DNA of 64,000 bases from Candidatus Gottesmanbacteria bacterium. GTDB taxonomy: Bacteria; Patescibacteriota; Microgenomatia; UBA10105; UBA927. Positions within the stretch are counted from its first letter, which is position 1, and each line of letters starts with the position of its first letter. Below the pieces are notes generated by a model that searched no databases, had not been told where the DNA came from, and worked only from the letters and a program-made list of their open reading frames with translations. Location of the stretch: NCBI GenBank assembly GCA_963711735.1, contig CAVQFA010000005.1:71525-135524 (forward strand). Reading direction: 5' to 3'. Position numbers and translations under genes: made by a program. Positions 9,046 through 18,601 of this stretch are shown here, piece by piece.

Positions 9046-11826
9046 AACGAGAACGCAGTGGAAACAATTTTGTGGCATAAGCCAAAAAATTGAATTTAGC
9101 ATTTAGCTAAATACCACTTTGTTGTTATTCCGCAAATTTTTAATTTTGTCCCATTCTCGAGGACTTTGGTTGCTTTTGCTTGCAGCCAAACAGATTATTT
9201 TGTTTTTGTCATTCTTTGGGAATGACTTGGGTTGCTGTCTGCCAGCCACCAATCTCTAACCTAAGAGGAGCCCACCATCAACGGTAGGTCGGTGGGCTCC
9301 TCAATAGGTTCTTCATGTTTCACCTCCTCATAGGTGACGAGGTGAAAGAATGGTTAGTGTCCCCACCAGCCAAAGTCACGTTCGGGTTCTAGGCCCGGAT
9401 CGCAGATAGTGATTGCGGTCCATGGTGCTGTGGCTTGAGCAGTACCGTCGGAAGTGAATAACCACAGTGAGTGGTTGGCCGATGTGTCCAGGGCGATTAC
9501 TACGTCGCTGACTAAACCATCGAGTACCCATACAACTGTATGGATCCATGTTCCGGTGATAGTGCCTGGTTCGCCAATGGTGGTGGCATTCGGGTATTGC
9601 AACGCCAACGCATCCAAAGCGGGGTAGAGCGTTTCCTCGCGAGTTGCGAGATCTCCGCGATTAAGAGTGATGGTACTTGAAATCACCTCAAGCGGTACGC
9701 AAATCCCTGTTTGTTCTACCTCTACGGCAACTGATGCCTGGACGATCTCAAGGTCAGCATTGATAGGCTGGCAGAGTTGGACTCCTGAAAAAGCGTGAGT
9801 TACGTTCAAGGTGCCAGTCTCGGTTACCAGGAAGAGAGCCTTACCATTGCTCTCCAGGATCAAGTTCGCACCTGATGTAACGGCAGTCGGCTGGGTCCAT
9901 ATCAAAGCCTGGTAGGCTGTGACCGTGACGTTGCCGGGTCCGGAGGCGCGTAAACGTGCACTTGGGACGCTGTCCACGTAAGTATCCAAACTAACGAACA
10001 CTTCGTCTGGATTAACTGTCATCCAGGTTTTGATGAAACCGACGATGGCTTCTGAGTCAGCACAATTGCTTGCGCCTACATCGACCACCTGTTGTGTGTA
10101 AACAATCCCGATTAAGGGAATATCTCCATCCCAACTATTCAACGGAATTTCTCCGCTGGGAGTGGGAACTTCGACACCCTCTTCGACAATGTATACACCG
10201 GTGCGTCCATCAACCAAGAGCGGGTAGACGCCTTCGGGTAACGGGTCGATAGTGTACCATCCAGTCCAGACAAGACTTGCGGGTGCTGTAACTGTCCAAT
10301 TACCGGTTTGATGGTCAATTTTCTGAGACATAGCATCCAGGATATCAACCAACACATACGGATCAGTCACTCCCTGATTGCTTAGCATTTGCTTAAAGTC
10401 TGTCCAACTGATACTGCCAGGTACAGGTGCCTGTGCAGTTGCAGATGTATCCAGGGCTGCCTGTGCGGTTGCGGTTGCAGCTAACGCTACAGCAGCGTCA
10501 GTTGTTGCGGTTGGGCGGTCGGTCGGACGCAGGGTTGCAGTCTGTGTCGGATTCGGTGTATTGGTCGGCGCTGACTTGGATGGAACCCACGGATGCCAGG
10601 CCAACAAAACCAAAATCAAAATCACTCCGAGACCCACAACGATCAACCACGGTAAATTGCTATTGGTGGTTTCTTTCTCTTCAACTTCGTCGTCGTGCTC
10701 AACAACGTCAACATGTTCAACAACAGGCTCGACGTGTTTGATGGGTTCGATATTCTGAACCACGTCGACATGCGTTGGTTCGACCTCTGGCTCGAGATCC
10801 AAATGCACCGGTTCGGGTTGCGGATGCAATTCCTCATGTTGCTCTTCCGCAAACACCCCGTCTGACTCAGCCTTCGTCAACCCAGCAGCAATCATTATCT
10901 TTGCCTGTGCAGTCGACGCACCCATATTAATCAGTTCTTGATATGTGTAACCTTCTGGTTCTGCCATCGGAGTCTCCGTTTCTTTTACAACAGGTGTTTC
11001 AACAACCCGTTCTTCCACCACAAGGGTGGGTACATCGACCATCTTCCGGATCCAGCGGCGCATTTTGCGTCGGCCCGGTTCATCGTCTTCGACCTGTGGA
11101 GCCTGATTGAGATTAAGCTCTTTGCCCTGCGCATAACCTTTCAGTTCTGCCAGAGTTGTGATATTTGACAATACGTCTGTACTCATTTCAAAATCTCCTT
11201 TGATTTTTAAAATTGTCCATTTCCCTTCCTCAGGAGCACTGAAGTGCTTCAGTTTTGTCGCACACACAGTGCGGGACGGAATAATGGCTTATGGGGATAT
11301 CTATCATTACATTGAATATCATCACGTTGAACACGTGAGTCACGTTTATTCCTTTTTCAGGAATTGGTGTTTACTTGCCAATAGCTATGCCTCCTTTGCG
11401 TAGCAGAAAACACTCAATAGTCAAAAAATTGAGAGCTTACTGCTACGCAAATACGGAAACATGCCTTTATGATTTCCCCATACAACAGGAGATTGCCGCG
11501 ACCATTACCGTTTACCATCACTAACTATATTTACTCCGATTTTTAGTCGGGGTTGAGAATGTGGGTATTTTTTAGGGATCGTTCGTAAATAACTTCAGAG
11601 TTATTTATGACTACGATCCTTTATGACGCGTAATCGCGTCCAAAATACCCGAAATAGTCCCATTTATCTGTCCTTTCGGATAGATGTATGAGACGTTACT
11701 GTCCCACTATCCTTAGCATTCGCCTTACCTACTATTCGTAGCGCGGCTCATGCAGCGGATTTCGCGGGACAGTTTTGAGTACTTCTAAACCTGTTAGGTT
11801 TAGAAACTCAAAACTGCGTTCTCGTT
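9046..11826. repeat. perfect 14-bp long-range inverted repeat (9046-9059 / 11813-11826)
   Basis: AACGAGAACGCAGT at 9046-9059 and its reverse complement ACTGCGTTCTCGTT at 11813-11826. Confidence 0.85.
9354..11186 (-). CDS. 610-aa single-pass membrane protein: acidic N-terminus, TM, PT-linker, three ~100-aa repeated domains
   Basis: AAGGAG SD before MSTDVLS; TM LPWLIVVGLGVILILVLLAW; PTNTPNPTQT linker; LD...(L/I/V)W.. pattern recurs three times. Confidence 0.8.
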   Translation of the reverse strand: MSTDVLSNITTLAELKGYAQGKELNLNQAPQVEDDEPGRRKMRRWIRKMVDVPTLVVEERVVETPVVKETETPMAEPEGYTYQELINMGASTAQAKIMIAAGLTKAESDGVFAEEQHEELHPQPEPVHLDLEPEVEPTHVDVVQNIEPIKHVEPVVEHVDVVEHDDEVEEKETTNSNLPWLIVVGLGVILILVLLAWHPWVPSKSAPTNTPNPTQTATLRPTDRPTATTDAAVALAATATAQAALDTSATAQAPVPGSISWTDFKQMLSNQGVTDPYVLVDILDAMSQKIDHQTGNWTVTAPASLVWTGWYTIDPLPEGVYPLLVDGRTGVYIVEEGVEVPTPSGEIPLNSWDGDIPLIGIVYTQQVVDVGASNCADSEAIVGFIKTWMTVNPDEVFVSLDTYVDSVPSARLRASGPGNVTVTAYQALIWTQPTAVTSGANLILESNGKALFLVTETGTLNVTHAFSGVQLCQPINADLEIVQASVAVEVEQTGICVPLEVISSTITLNRGDLATREETLYPALDALALQYPNATTIGEPGTITGTWIHTVVWVLDGLVSDVVIALDTSANHSLWLFTSDGTAQATAPWTAITICDPGLEPERDFGWWGH

Positions 11827-11837
11827 TGTTAAAGTGC
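11826..11837 (-). promoter_or_regulatory. boxA-like antitermination element GCACTTTAACAA
   Basis: One mismatch to E. coli rrn boxA GCTCTTTAACAA; preceded by hairpin TTCCGAC/GTCGGAA; identical 12-mer at 31939. Confidence 0.6.
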
Positions 11838-11950
11838 ATTTCCGACATAGTCGGAATTGCTTGTCTTATCCGTTCCGTCAGTATGAGCGTAATATGCCCA
11901 AGTGACAGTCTGGCGTCGACCCCTAGGATTTGCTCCCGGGAAAAGGGGGA

Positions 11951-12189
11951 GATCGGCCTGCCGTACGATCTCACCCTATTTCCGAAAACAATAATTATCA
12001 AATGTTTACTTTTTTAAATTACTAAGATGTTCAGATCCGATGACGGATCTGAATCGATGGATTGCTAAGCTCTTCAATATGAATTGAATCGCTAAGCAAC
12101 CAATCGACCTGCCGTTCGGAGTACCCTCATTTCCAGAAACAACGACTCTGAATGTTTACTTGTTAAATTGTTAAGGTGTTCAAATCTGA
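11951..12189. repeat. imperfect ~90-bp direct repeat (11951-12040 and 12102-12189)
   Basis: Shared CCTGCCGT..ACCCT..ATTTCC..AAACAA..AATGTTTACTT..TTAAATT..TAAG.TGTTCA.ATC.GA. Confidence 0.7.
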
Positions 12190-12476
12190 CTGCCTTCTTT
12201 TATCGGTTACTCCGCCAAGGGCGGAGTCGTGTCTCGTACGAATCCACAAACGGATTCGTCGCCTTCGGCTCCTCACCATATGTGGGAGTAAGCTCGTCGT
12301 CGCTATGCTCCTCCTTGCTAACTCCCACAAAAAAGCAGGCTATCCGCCTGCCATTTTTGTTCTATTCGCGTACCTCTACCCGGCAGGGGAGAATGAACAC
12401 TTTATTGACTTTTTAAATTTTCCTTCAGGCAACAAACAGCATTTGCCCGATCTGAATTTCTGATGCGTAAATCAAC

Positions 12477-13148
12477 TTATTTATTCTTTCTTAAAAGTGC
12501 CAGTCCTCCGATGCCTGTTAAGGCAAACGGCAGGATGACAAGAAGGTCTTCGGCACCGGCAGTCGGCAGAGTTGTGGCACCCAAGACTTTGTTTGTGACG
12601 CAGATGCGTGCAAAGTTTTTATCTCCGTTGGGTCTTTGCGGGCTTGTAACTGACGCCCAGTTATCACGGCAGAACGGATCTTCTGTTGGTACAGGTCCGA
12701 CTACTTTTGCCATGATAAAGACTTCGCGTGATTGCCCTGCAGGCATTTCGTGAATAACGACGGTCATGGATTTTTTATCAAACGTAACAGCATCCTCGGG
12801 TGCTTTGTCTTTGACAAATACATCCGTTATCTCTATGTTGTCCGGAACATTATCAATAACAGTAACCGGTTTCATCGTTTCACCGGATGAGTTGGTGATC
12901 GCGAGACGATAGTTCACTTTATTTGCGTCAACTCCGGTATTTGCAGAAAAAATTGCATCAAGAACATTTTCCTGATACTCACCGTTTATAGGATTTTGGA
13001 CATCTTTGTCGATTGTCAGATTTGTCGGTTGGGGACAGTTACTGCCGTATTGTCCGTTGGTACAACCTTCATCAGCACGGACTGCAACTGCAGCAAGAGA
13101 AATGATAGCAAGAGTTATAGATAAAAATGTAACGAGATATTTAGACAT
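12477..13148 (-). CDS. secreted DUF11-like protein with LPxTG-type sorting signal (LPTAG)
   Basis: Signal peptide, IDKDV...YRLAITN...VTVIDNVP, then VLGATTLPTAG, TM and RKNK tail. Confidence 0.8.
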   Translation of the reverse strand: MSKYLVTFLSITLAIISLAAVAVRADEGCTNGQYGSNCPQPTNLTIDKDVQNPINGEYQENVLDAIFSANTGVDANKVNYRLAITNSSGETMKPVTVIDNVPDNIEITDVFVKDKAPEDAVTFDKKSMTVVIHEMPAGQSREVFIMAKVVGPVPTEDPFCRDNWASVTSPQRPNGDKNFARICVTNKVLGATTLPTAGAEDLLVILPFALTGIGGLALLRKNK

Positions 13149-13197
13149 GTATGTATTCCTTTCGATATAATTAGATACACTTTACTGATTAGGTTGA

Positions 13198-13226
13198 GAG
13201 TATACACCCTATAACATTTGTTGTCA
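13198..13226 (-). promoter_or_regulatory. sigma-70 promoter TTGACA-N17-TATACT
   Basis: Minus strand TTGACAacaaatgttatagggtgTATACT upstream of the LPTAG gene. Confidence 0.75.
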
Positions 13227-13356
13227 AGTACTATAAGATAGGTTATATAAATGTCAATGTATGATTTACGAAATACGATTTGTGGGAAATATTTAAAGGC
13301 TTTAAAAACCTGAATCTTACATCGTAAATCGGACTGATTAGTAAAAAGAAGCGAGG

Positions 13357-13692
13357 GGATACTCCGTAATACACATTATACGTACGAAATCACCTGTCAG
13401 GTCTGACCATCAGCCTCGTTTATAAGATCCGCAAATAAAAGCAGTCTCTCAGCTATCTTTTAAGGATGCTCCGTATACTGCTTACCCAGCTTCGATATGA
13501 GGCTGGGATGCGCAGTTAAGGAGCACCCGGTTAGGTCTGACCATCAGCTTCTTCTATGAGATCAGCAAAAAGGAGTAACCGTTCCGGTGGAGTTAGGATG
13601 CTCCGTAATACGCTTCGCGTAAACGGAGCCACCTGTCAGGTCTGACCATCAGCCTCGTTTATGAGATCCGCAAACAATAACAGTCTCTCAGC
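13357..13692 (-). repeat. three tandem copies of the sortase 3' terminus separated by hairpins ending TACGGAG(C/T)ATCC
   Basis: Copies at 13397-13453, 13531-13584 and the gene end 13636-13692 encode (A)ERLLLFADLI(N/E)EADGQT*. Confidence 0.9.
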
Positions 13693-15507
13693 CACGCTTC
13701 CAGGTGGCCAACAAGTCTGCAGGATGAGGCTCTTTTTGTCTGTTTCAGGCACGAGATAGGTAATTGAGCTTGGCTTCACGATACGTTTTTCCCTGAGTAC
13801 GTACGTATACCGGACACCTTTGTAGAAAAGGACGATCTGGTCGCCAGCCTCAAGGTTTTTGACAAGGTAAAATACAGCGTTCAGCTTATTCACAAACCAC
13901 TGATAGTTGGTAGAGTGGGAGAACAGGTATACGGTACCTTTCTGGTCCGGCGTGAAGCTGGTTGAAGCGTGCGCCACACCCTCAGAAAGGGCTTTATTGT
14001 ACTCATTCAGCTTCGCAGGATTGACGTTCGGTATGACAACAGCGTTCACCCCGATTTTCGGGATAATGATGCCGAAGTCGGTATTGAGAGGCGTAATTGT
14101 CTTGCCATCGGGTCCTACGAGCGGATTAAAGATGACCGGAGCTGCAGGAGGCAGGGTTTTGGGCGGTGAGATGAGCATGGTTACTGCATCCTGTGTCTCT
14201 TTAGCCAGATATCCGGCTTCCAGGCGTACCTTCTGGATAAGCGGCAAGCTCATACCTCCCAGTGACAAAAGGACGAGGAGAAACCCTCCGGCACGTCCCC
14301 ACGAACTGCCTCCGCGACCGCCTTTTTTCGGATTTATGCCTTTTCTAGGCACGATTCGAGGCTGAGTTGGTATGGGTGATATCCCTGCTTCAACAGCCGC
14401 ACCCTTATCTGCCTCGCCTGTTATCGGTGAAGGAGAACCGGTGAACGGGTTAACAGGCTGATTGATAGGCGGGTCTGCTGATTGCACATCTTCGGAATAT
14501 GCATCCTCGTTGGAGGATTGTTCCGAAAGTTGAGGTACGACATCAGTTTCATCAGGCACAGGTTCATCGTAGACATCCTCCGGAACGTCAAAATCCCAGT
14601 CAGGCACGGTTGGCGCAGATGTCTGTGCCTGGGGGATATCCGGAATTATGGCAGTTGGAGCATCAGTCTTGGGTGTGGATTGAGGCTCGAAAATTGGTTC
14701 ATTTCCCGTCACTGACGGGATTTTTGACACTTTCGGAGGTGGAAAGCCGGACGGTTTGATACCCGCCGGAACACCCGTCGGCATTGTGCGGAAGGGTTTA
14801 TCCGGAGGAACGGCATCAGGCGGAGGGAACGGGCTTAAGTTGTCCGGAAAGTATGTCGGTTCCGTTGTCCCTTTCGGGAACGGACTTGGACGCGGAGTCG
14901 TCGGGAGCGTCCCGGGAAGGCGCGGAAACTTCGGGAGTGCCCCCGGGGTACGGGGTTTAAACGCACCAGGTGCGGTCTGGAATTTCGGGAAGGCACCGAA
15001 TCCGCCCGGCATATTGAATTTCGGAAACTTCGGTTTTTGCGGAATTGGCGTGTATGCTATGTGTGACAATTCATCCCGCGCAGATGCATTCGTATCCGTT
15101 TCAGGTTTAGGATTTGCAGGAGGACCAACCGGTCTATCTGATATTCCATAGAAATCATCCATGGTAAGGCGCGGTTTCGCGGGTGTCGGTGCAAACGGAG
15201 CCTTTGGCTGAGAACTCATTCTATCCTGTGCGGGAACCTGGGTAAACGGGCTTTTTTGAGGCTGATTTGTTTGGAGGTCACGTGACGGATACACATTTCC
15301 CTTCGGTACTGATACTGAATTTTTAGGCTTTGCATCCGCAACATTCAAAGCGGAAGGGATTGCAGGGGGAATCGGACCCATCAGAAATGACAAATCATCC
15401 GGCGTGTCTTCAACCGGAATGGTTATTTTTCTGCCGTTCGGCAGTTTTTCAAAAATATAGATAGTACCGGATGTAGGTAACATAGATAATTTTGGTTCAC
15501 AAACCAA
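13636..15507 (-). CDS. sortase with ~400-aa Pro-rich N-terminal extension
   Basis: IIIPKIGVNA, GVAH, FSHS (His), LQTCWPPG (Cys), ERL (Arg); TM before the catalytic domain. Confidence 0.9.
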   Translation of the reverse strand: MVCEPKLSMLPTSGTIYIFEKLPNGRKITIPVEDTPDDLSFLMGPIPPAIPSALNVADAKPKNSVSVPKGNVYPSRDLQTNQPQKSPFTQVPAQDRMSSQPKAPFAPTPAKPRLTMDDFYGISDRPVGPPANPKPETDTNASARDELSHIAYTPIPQKPKFPKFNMPGGFGAFPKFQTAPGAFKPRTPGALPKFPRLPGTLPTTPRPSPFPKGTTEPTYFPDNLSPFPPPDAVPPDKPFRTMPTGVPAGIKPSGFPPPKVSKIPSVTGNEPIFEPQSTPKTDAPTAIIPDIPQAQTSAPTVPDWDFDVPEDVYDEPVPDETDVVPQLSEQSSNEDAYSEDVQSADPPINQPVNPFTGSPSPITGEADKGAAVEAGISPIPTQPRIVPRKGINPKKGGRGGSSWGRAGGFLLVLLSLGGMSLPLIQKVRLEAGYLAKETQDAVTMLISPPKTLPPAAPVIFNPLVGPDGKTITPLNTDFGIIIPKIGVNAVVIPNVNPAKLNEYNKALSEGVAHASTSFTPDQKGTVYLFSHSTNYQWFVNKLNAVFYLVKNLEAGDQIVLFYKGVRYTYVLREKRIVKPSSITYLVPETDKKSLILQTCWPPGSVAERLLLFADLINEADGQT

Positions 15508-15569
15508 CAGGAAAGATTGACGGATTATATCCTATAGTAGAAGAAAAAGCAAGTGTATAGTATCAGATT

Positions 15570-16049
15570 TTACTTAGTTTTCGGTTGGAGGCTGGGATCG
15601 GACAATGTATCAGCGGATGCGCTCTTGTCTCCCTGAACGCTATGTTTTTCCGTTTGAGCAGTTGTTGAGCTTCCCGTCCACGTGAGCTTGATTTCCTGTG
15701 AAACTGCCTGTTTGCCGAGCTTCGCAGCTGCGTCATACTGGCCTTGTTTAATGAGTTCACGCACGGTTTCCATCGCCTTCTGGTTGACGTTTCTCTCGTA
15801 GTCGGCAAGGATCGGGATGATCAGAGGTGCAAGTTCGGAAAACATATCATCTAGCCTCGGTATAGCCTTGTAGAACTCTTCGAGTGTCATGCCGGGAGTG
15901 AGTGTTGCCAGGACGTGCTGGGATATAGCCTGCGCGCGCTCATCAGTGATTGTTCCGTTTTCAATTCCCTTTTTCAGGAATTCGACGATATTAAGCTCCA
16001 ATTTTTGTCTGAGTTCATCTGCTGTCATAGGTATAGTATGGTGTATCAT
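15570..16049 (-). CDS. helical hypothetical protein
   Basis: 159-aa ORF, likely start MTADELRQK. Confidence 0.65.
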   Translation of the reverse strand: MIHHTIPMTADELRQKLELNIVEFLKKGIENGTITDERAQAISQHVLATLTPGMTLEEFYKAIPRLDDMFSELAPLIIPILADYERNVNQKAMETVRELIKQGQYDAAAKLGKQAVSQEIKLTWTGSSTTAQTEKHSVQGDKSASADTLSDPSLQPKTK

Positions 16050-16145
16050 AGCACTTCTATCAAGGACAAAATTAACTCTAAATCAGACATTTACTACACT
16101 ATGTTTTTGTGGAGTTTTTAAATTCTTGCAGAGAGCAGGATAGGT

Positions 16146-16472
16146 ATGATATATTATAGGCCTATGTGTCCAATAGAAGTTCGTGTTGGAGAAGGAATTA
16201 CAAGCGTGATAAAAGTATTAGGTCCGGGAAGAGACGTTGCTATTATTGCACAAAACCCCCGGACTACAGTTGCGTATGCGGGTGATGTTTCGGGGAAAAC
16301 GTCCATAAACGGTGGAGCGGATGGGAAGATTATCCTGGAAACAACACTTTCACAAATTGGGCATTCTGTAGAGTCGACAATACCGATCTATGAGCCGGGA
16401 GAAATGACACTATTCGGTCGAGCACTCAATGAGGTACAAAAACCAATCGTGATAAAGCGGGTGGCAAGATAA
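16146..16472 (+). CDS. hypothetical protein
   Basis: 108-aa ORF. Confidence 0.5.
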   Translation: MIYYRPMCPIEVRVGEGITSVIKVLGPGRDVAIIAQNPRTTVAYAGDVSGKTSINGGADGKIILETTLSQIGHSVESTIPIYEPGEMTLFGRALNEVQKPIVIKRVAR

Positions 16473-16541
16473 AATAATTACCTTTTTTTATTATTTTTCT
16501 TCTCTGGAGATTCTCATGTTTATTTGGTACCATGAGATCCA

Positions 16542-17825
16542 ATGACCAAACCCTACGAAAAAACGGTATTTCCCAACGGCGCGCGCCTCATTCTTATTCC
16601 CATGGAGGGTGTCAACAGCGTTGCCACTTCCGTGATGGTAAGTGTGGGAAGCAGGTATGAAATCAGGGAGAATAACGGAATTTCTCACTTTCTGGAGCAT
16701 ATGGTATTTAAAGGGACGAAAAAATATCCGACGACCGATGATGTCAACACTATCGAGCGGCAGGGCGGGTTACAAAATGCATATACGGATATCGATATTA
16801 CGAACTACCATAACAAAGTGCTTGCAGAGGATTGGCAGCTCGGGCTTGAGATAAATAAGGAATTAGCGCTCAACCCGCTTATAGAGGCAAAGCACGTGGA
16901 CCGCGAACGCTCCGTCATCATCGAGGAGATGAAGCGGTATGAAGATGAGCCATCAGCCAAAGCTGAGGAAGTGTTCCATACCATGATGTATCCGGAAACC
17001 AAACTCGGGATGCGGACAATCGGAGAAGAAGAGAGTTTAAAAAGTGTTTCGTCAGGAGAGCTTCATGCGTATCACGATGCGTGGTATAAACCGGAACGGA
17101 TCGTAGTGGTTGCGGCAGGAAAACTGGATAAAAGCACACAGATGACCGTACACAGAAAAGCAGAGGAATGGTTCGGGGGATTGCCGAAAGAAAAGACAGG
17201 AGAGTTGGAAACGGTTAAAGAATTGCAGGACAGTCCGAAGGTGAAAGTTACGACGAAACCCGATGCACAACAGGCGCATTTTGTATTGGGCATAAGGACA
17301 TTTAAACGCGGAAGTGAAGACCGGTTTGCATGGAACGTTTTTAACCTCCTCATGGGCATATCATTCACTTCGCGGCTCTTCAGAGAGATCCGCGAGAAAC
17401 GGGGACTTTGTTATCACATTCATTCCTCATCCAACAACTGGGTGGATGTCGGTAACTGGTCTATCTATGCCGGCGTTGCTACGGAAAAAGTGGGAGAAGC
17501 AGTGAAAGCAGTAATGGGAGAGTTGACGGCTGTATTGAACAAAGGAGTTACTCAGGATGAGATAAACGTATCGATAAAGAGGCTTAAAACAATGCTCTCA
17601 TTCCGTGCCGAAGATCCGGAATTTATGAATGAATATTACGGGCGGCAGGAAGTTTTCAACGAACCGGTCATGACACTGGACGAGTATCTTTCGCGGATAG
17701 AAAAAGTCACGAAAGAGGAAATAGATATATTATTGAAAAAATATTTTATAACGAAAAATCTGAATTTATCCCTCGTGTGGAACAAACCGGAAGATAAATC
17801 TCTTATAACACTTCTGACTCTATAA
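16542..17825 (+). CDS. M16 (pitrilysin/insulinase) family zinc peptidase
   Basis: GISHFLEHMVFKGT (HxxEH), NAYT, SRLFREIREKRGLCY. Confidence 0.95.
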   Translation: MTKPYEKTVFPNGARLILIPMEGVNSVATSVMVSVGSRYEIRENNGISHFLEHMVFKGTKKYPTTDDVNTIERQGGLQNAYTDIDITNYHNKVLAEDWQLGLEINKELALNPLIEAKHVDRERSVIIEEMKRYEDEPSAKAEEVFHTMMYPETKLGMRTIGEEESLKSVSSGELHAYHDAWYKPERIVVVAAGKLDKSTQMTVHRKAEEWFGGLPKEKTGELETVKELQDSPKVKVTTKPDAQQAHFVLGIRTFKRGSEDRFAWNVFNLLMGISFTSRLFREIREKRGLCYHIHSSSNNWVDVGNWSIYAGVATEKVGEAVKAVMGELTAVLNKGVTQDEINVSIKRLKTMLSFRAEDPEFMNEYYGRQEVFNEPVMTLDEYLSRIEKVTKEEIDILLKKYFITKNLNLSLVWNKPEDKSLITLLTL

Positions 17826-17873
17826 GATTTTTCTACTTGGCGAAAGATGAGTTTTCCTGTATATTTGCCATAT

Positions 17874-18290
17874 ATGAAAGAACAAACAGTTGTCCTTATT
17901 AAACCCGACGGGGTAGAGAAGCATGTGATCGGACAGGTTATTGCCAGATTTGAAAAAGCGGGACTGACCATTTCTGCTTTGAAAATGGTCCGTTTAACTC
18001 AAAAAATTCTTGACCAGTGGTACGCGCACCACAAAGACAAACCGTTTTTCCCTGATCTTTGCCGGCAGATGATGGTAACACCGGTTGTCGCAATGGTTGC
18101 AACAGGAGAGGGGGCGATACAAAAAGTGTTCGATATCTGCGGTCCGACAGATCCTGCTGAATCCAAACCCGGTACAATCAGGCGGGATTTCGGGGAGTCC
18201 AAACCGAAAAATGTCGTCCACCGGTCGGATTCGGTGGAGGCGGCGCAGAAAGAAATAGGGCTTATATTTCAGTCAGAAGAATTGTTCTGA
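17874..18290 (+). CDS. ndk: nucleoside diphosphate kinase
   Basis: LIKPDGV, YAHHKDKPFF, PGTIRRDFG, NVVHRSDS. Confidence 0.95.
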   Translation: MKEQTVVLIKPDGVEKHVIGQVIARFEKAGLTISALKMVRLTQKILDQWYAHHKDKPFFPDLCRQMMVTPVVAMVATGEGAIQKVFDICGPTDPAESKPGTIRRDFGESKPKNVVHRSDSVEAAQKEIGLIFQSEELF

Positions 18291-18305
18291 GTATTTCAAA
18301 AACTT

Positions 18306-18506
18306 ATGAGTCAACCTGAAGTTGCGATTCTATCGAAAGATCTTCAACCGGGAGGATATTGGATAGTAGACCCGGATGCTGATGAGGCAATATTCGATCC
18401 GGGTAAACCGGAGACCTATATGAAATGGATTTCCGACGAAGAAGCAGCAATACTTGATATGGCTGCAGCAACAGCTCCTCATCTGGACCTTAACCTCGGT
18501 TGCTGA
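18306..18506 (+). CDS. small acidic hypothetical protein
   Basis: 66-aa ORF directly after ndk. Confidence 0.4.
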   Translation: MSQPEVAILSKDLQPGGYWIVDPDADEAIFDPGKPETYMKWISDEEAAILDMAAATAPHLDLNLGC

Positions 18507-18601
18507 ACATAAAAGAGAGATTTACAATTTTATATTCCCGGGATGTATTTTCCTCCTTCCTTCCTACCTTTCGCATTTGTTAGTATGGATATATCCTTCA
18601 T

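Larger units (their letters stand above)
11270..12460 (-). ncRNA. putative long structured leader / non-coding RNA region
   Basis: No credible ORF; more than 10 hairpins, e.g. TTTGCGTAGCAG/CTGCTACGCAAA, CAGTTTTGAGT/ACTCAAAACTG, CAGATCCG/CGGATCTG. Confidence 0.45.

Noticed and set aside
11270-12460. rRNA, tmRNA, RNase P or group I/II intron
   Set aside because: No conserved signature of these RNAs was recognisable by eye; an Rfam scan is still needed.
13357-13692. CRISPR mini-array
   Set aside because: The repeated unit is the sortase coding end with silent changes, spacers are related hairpins of unequal length, and there are no cas genes.
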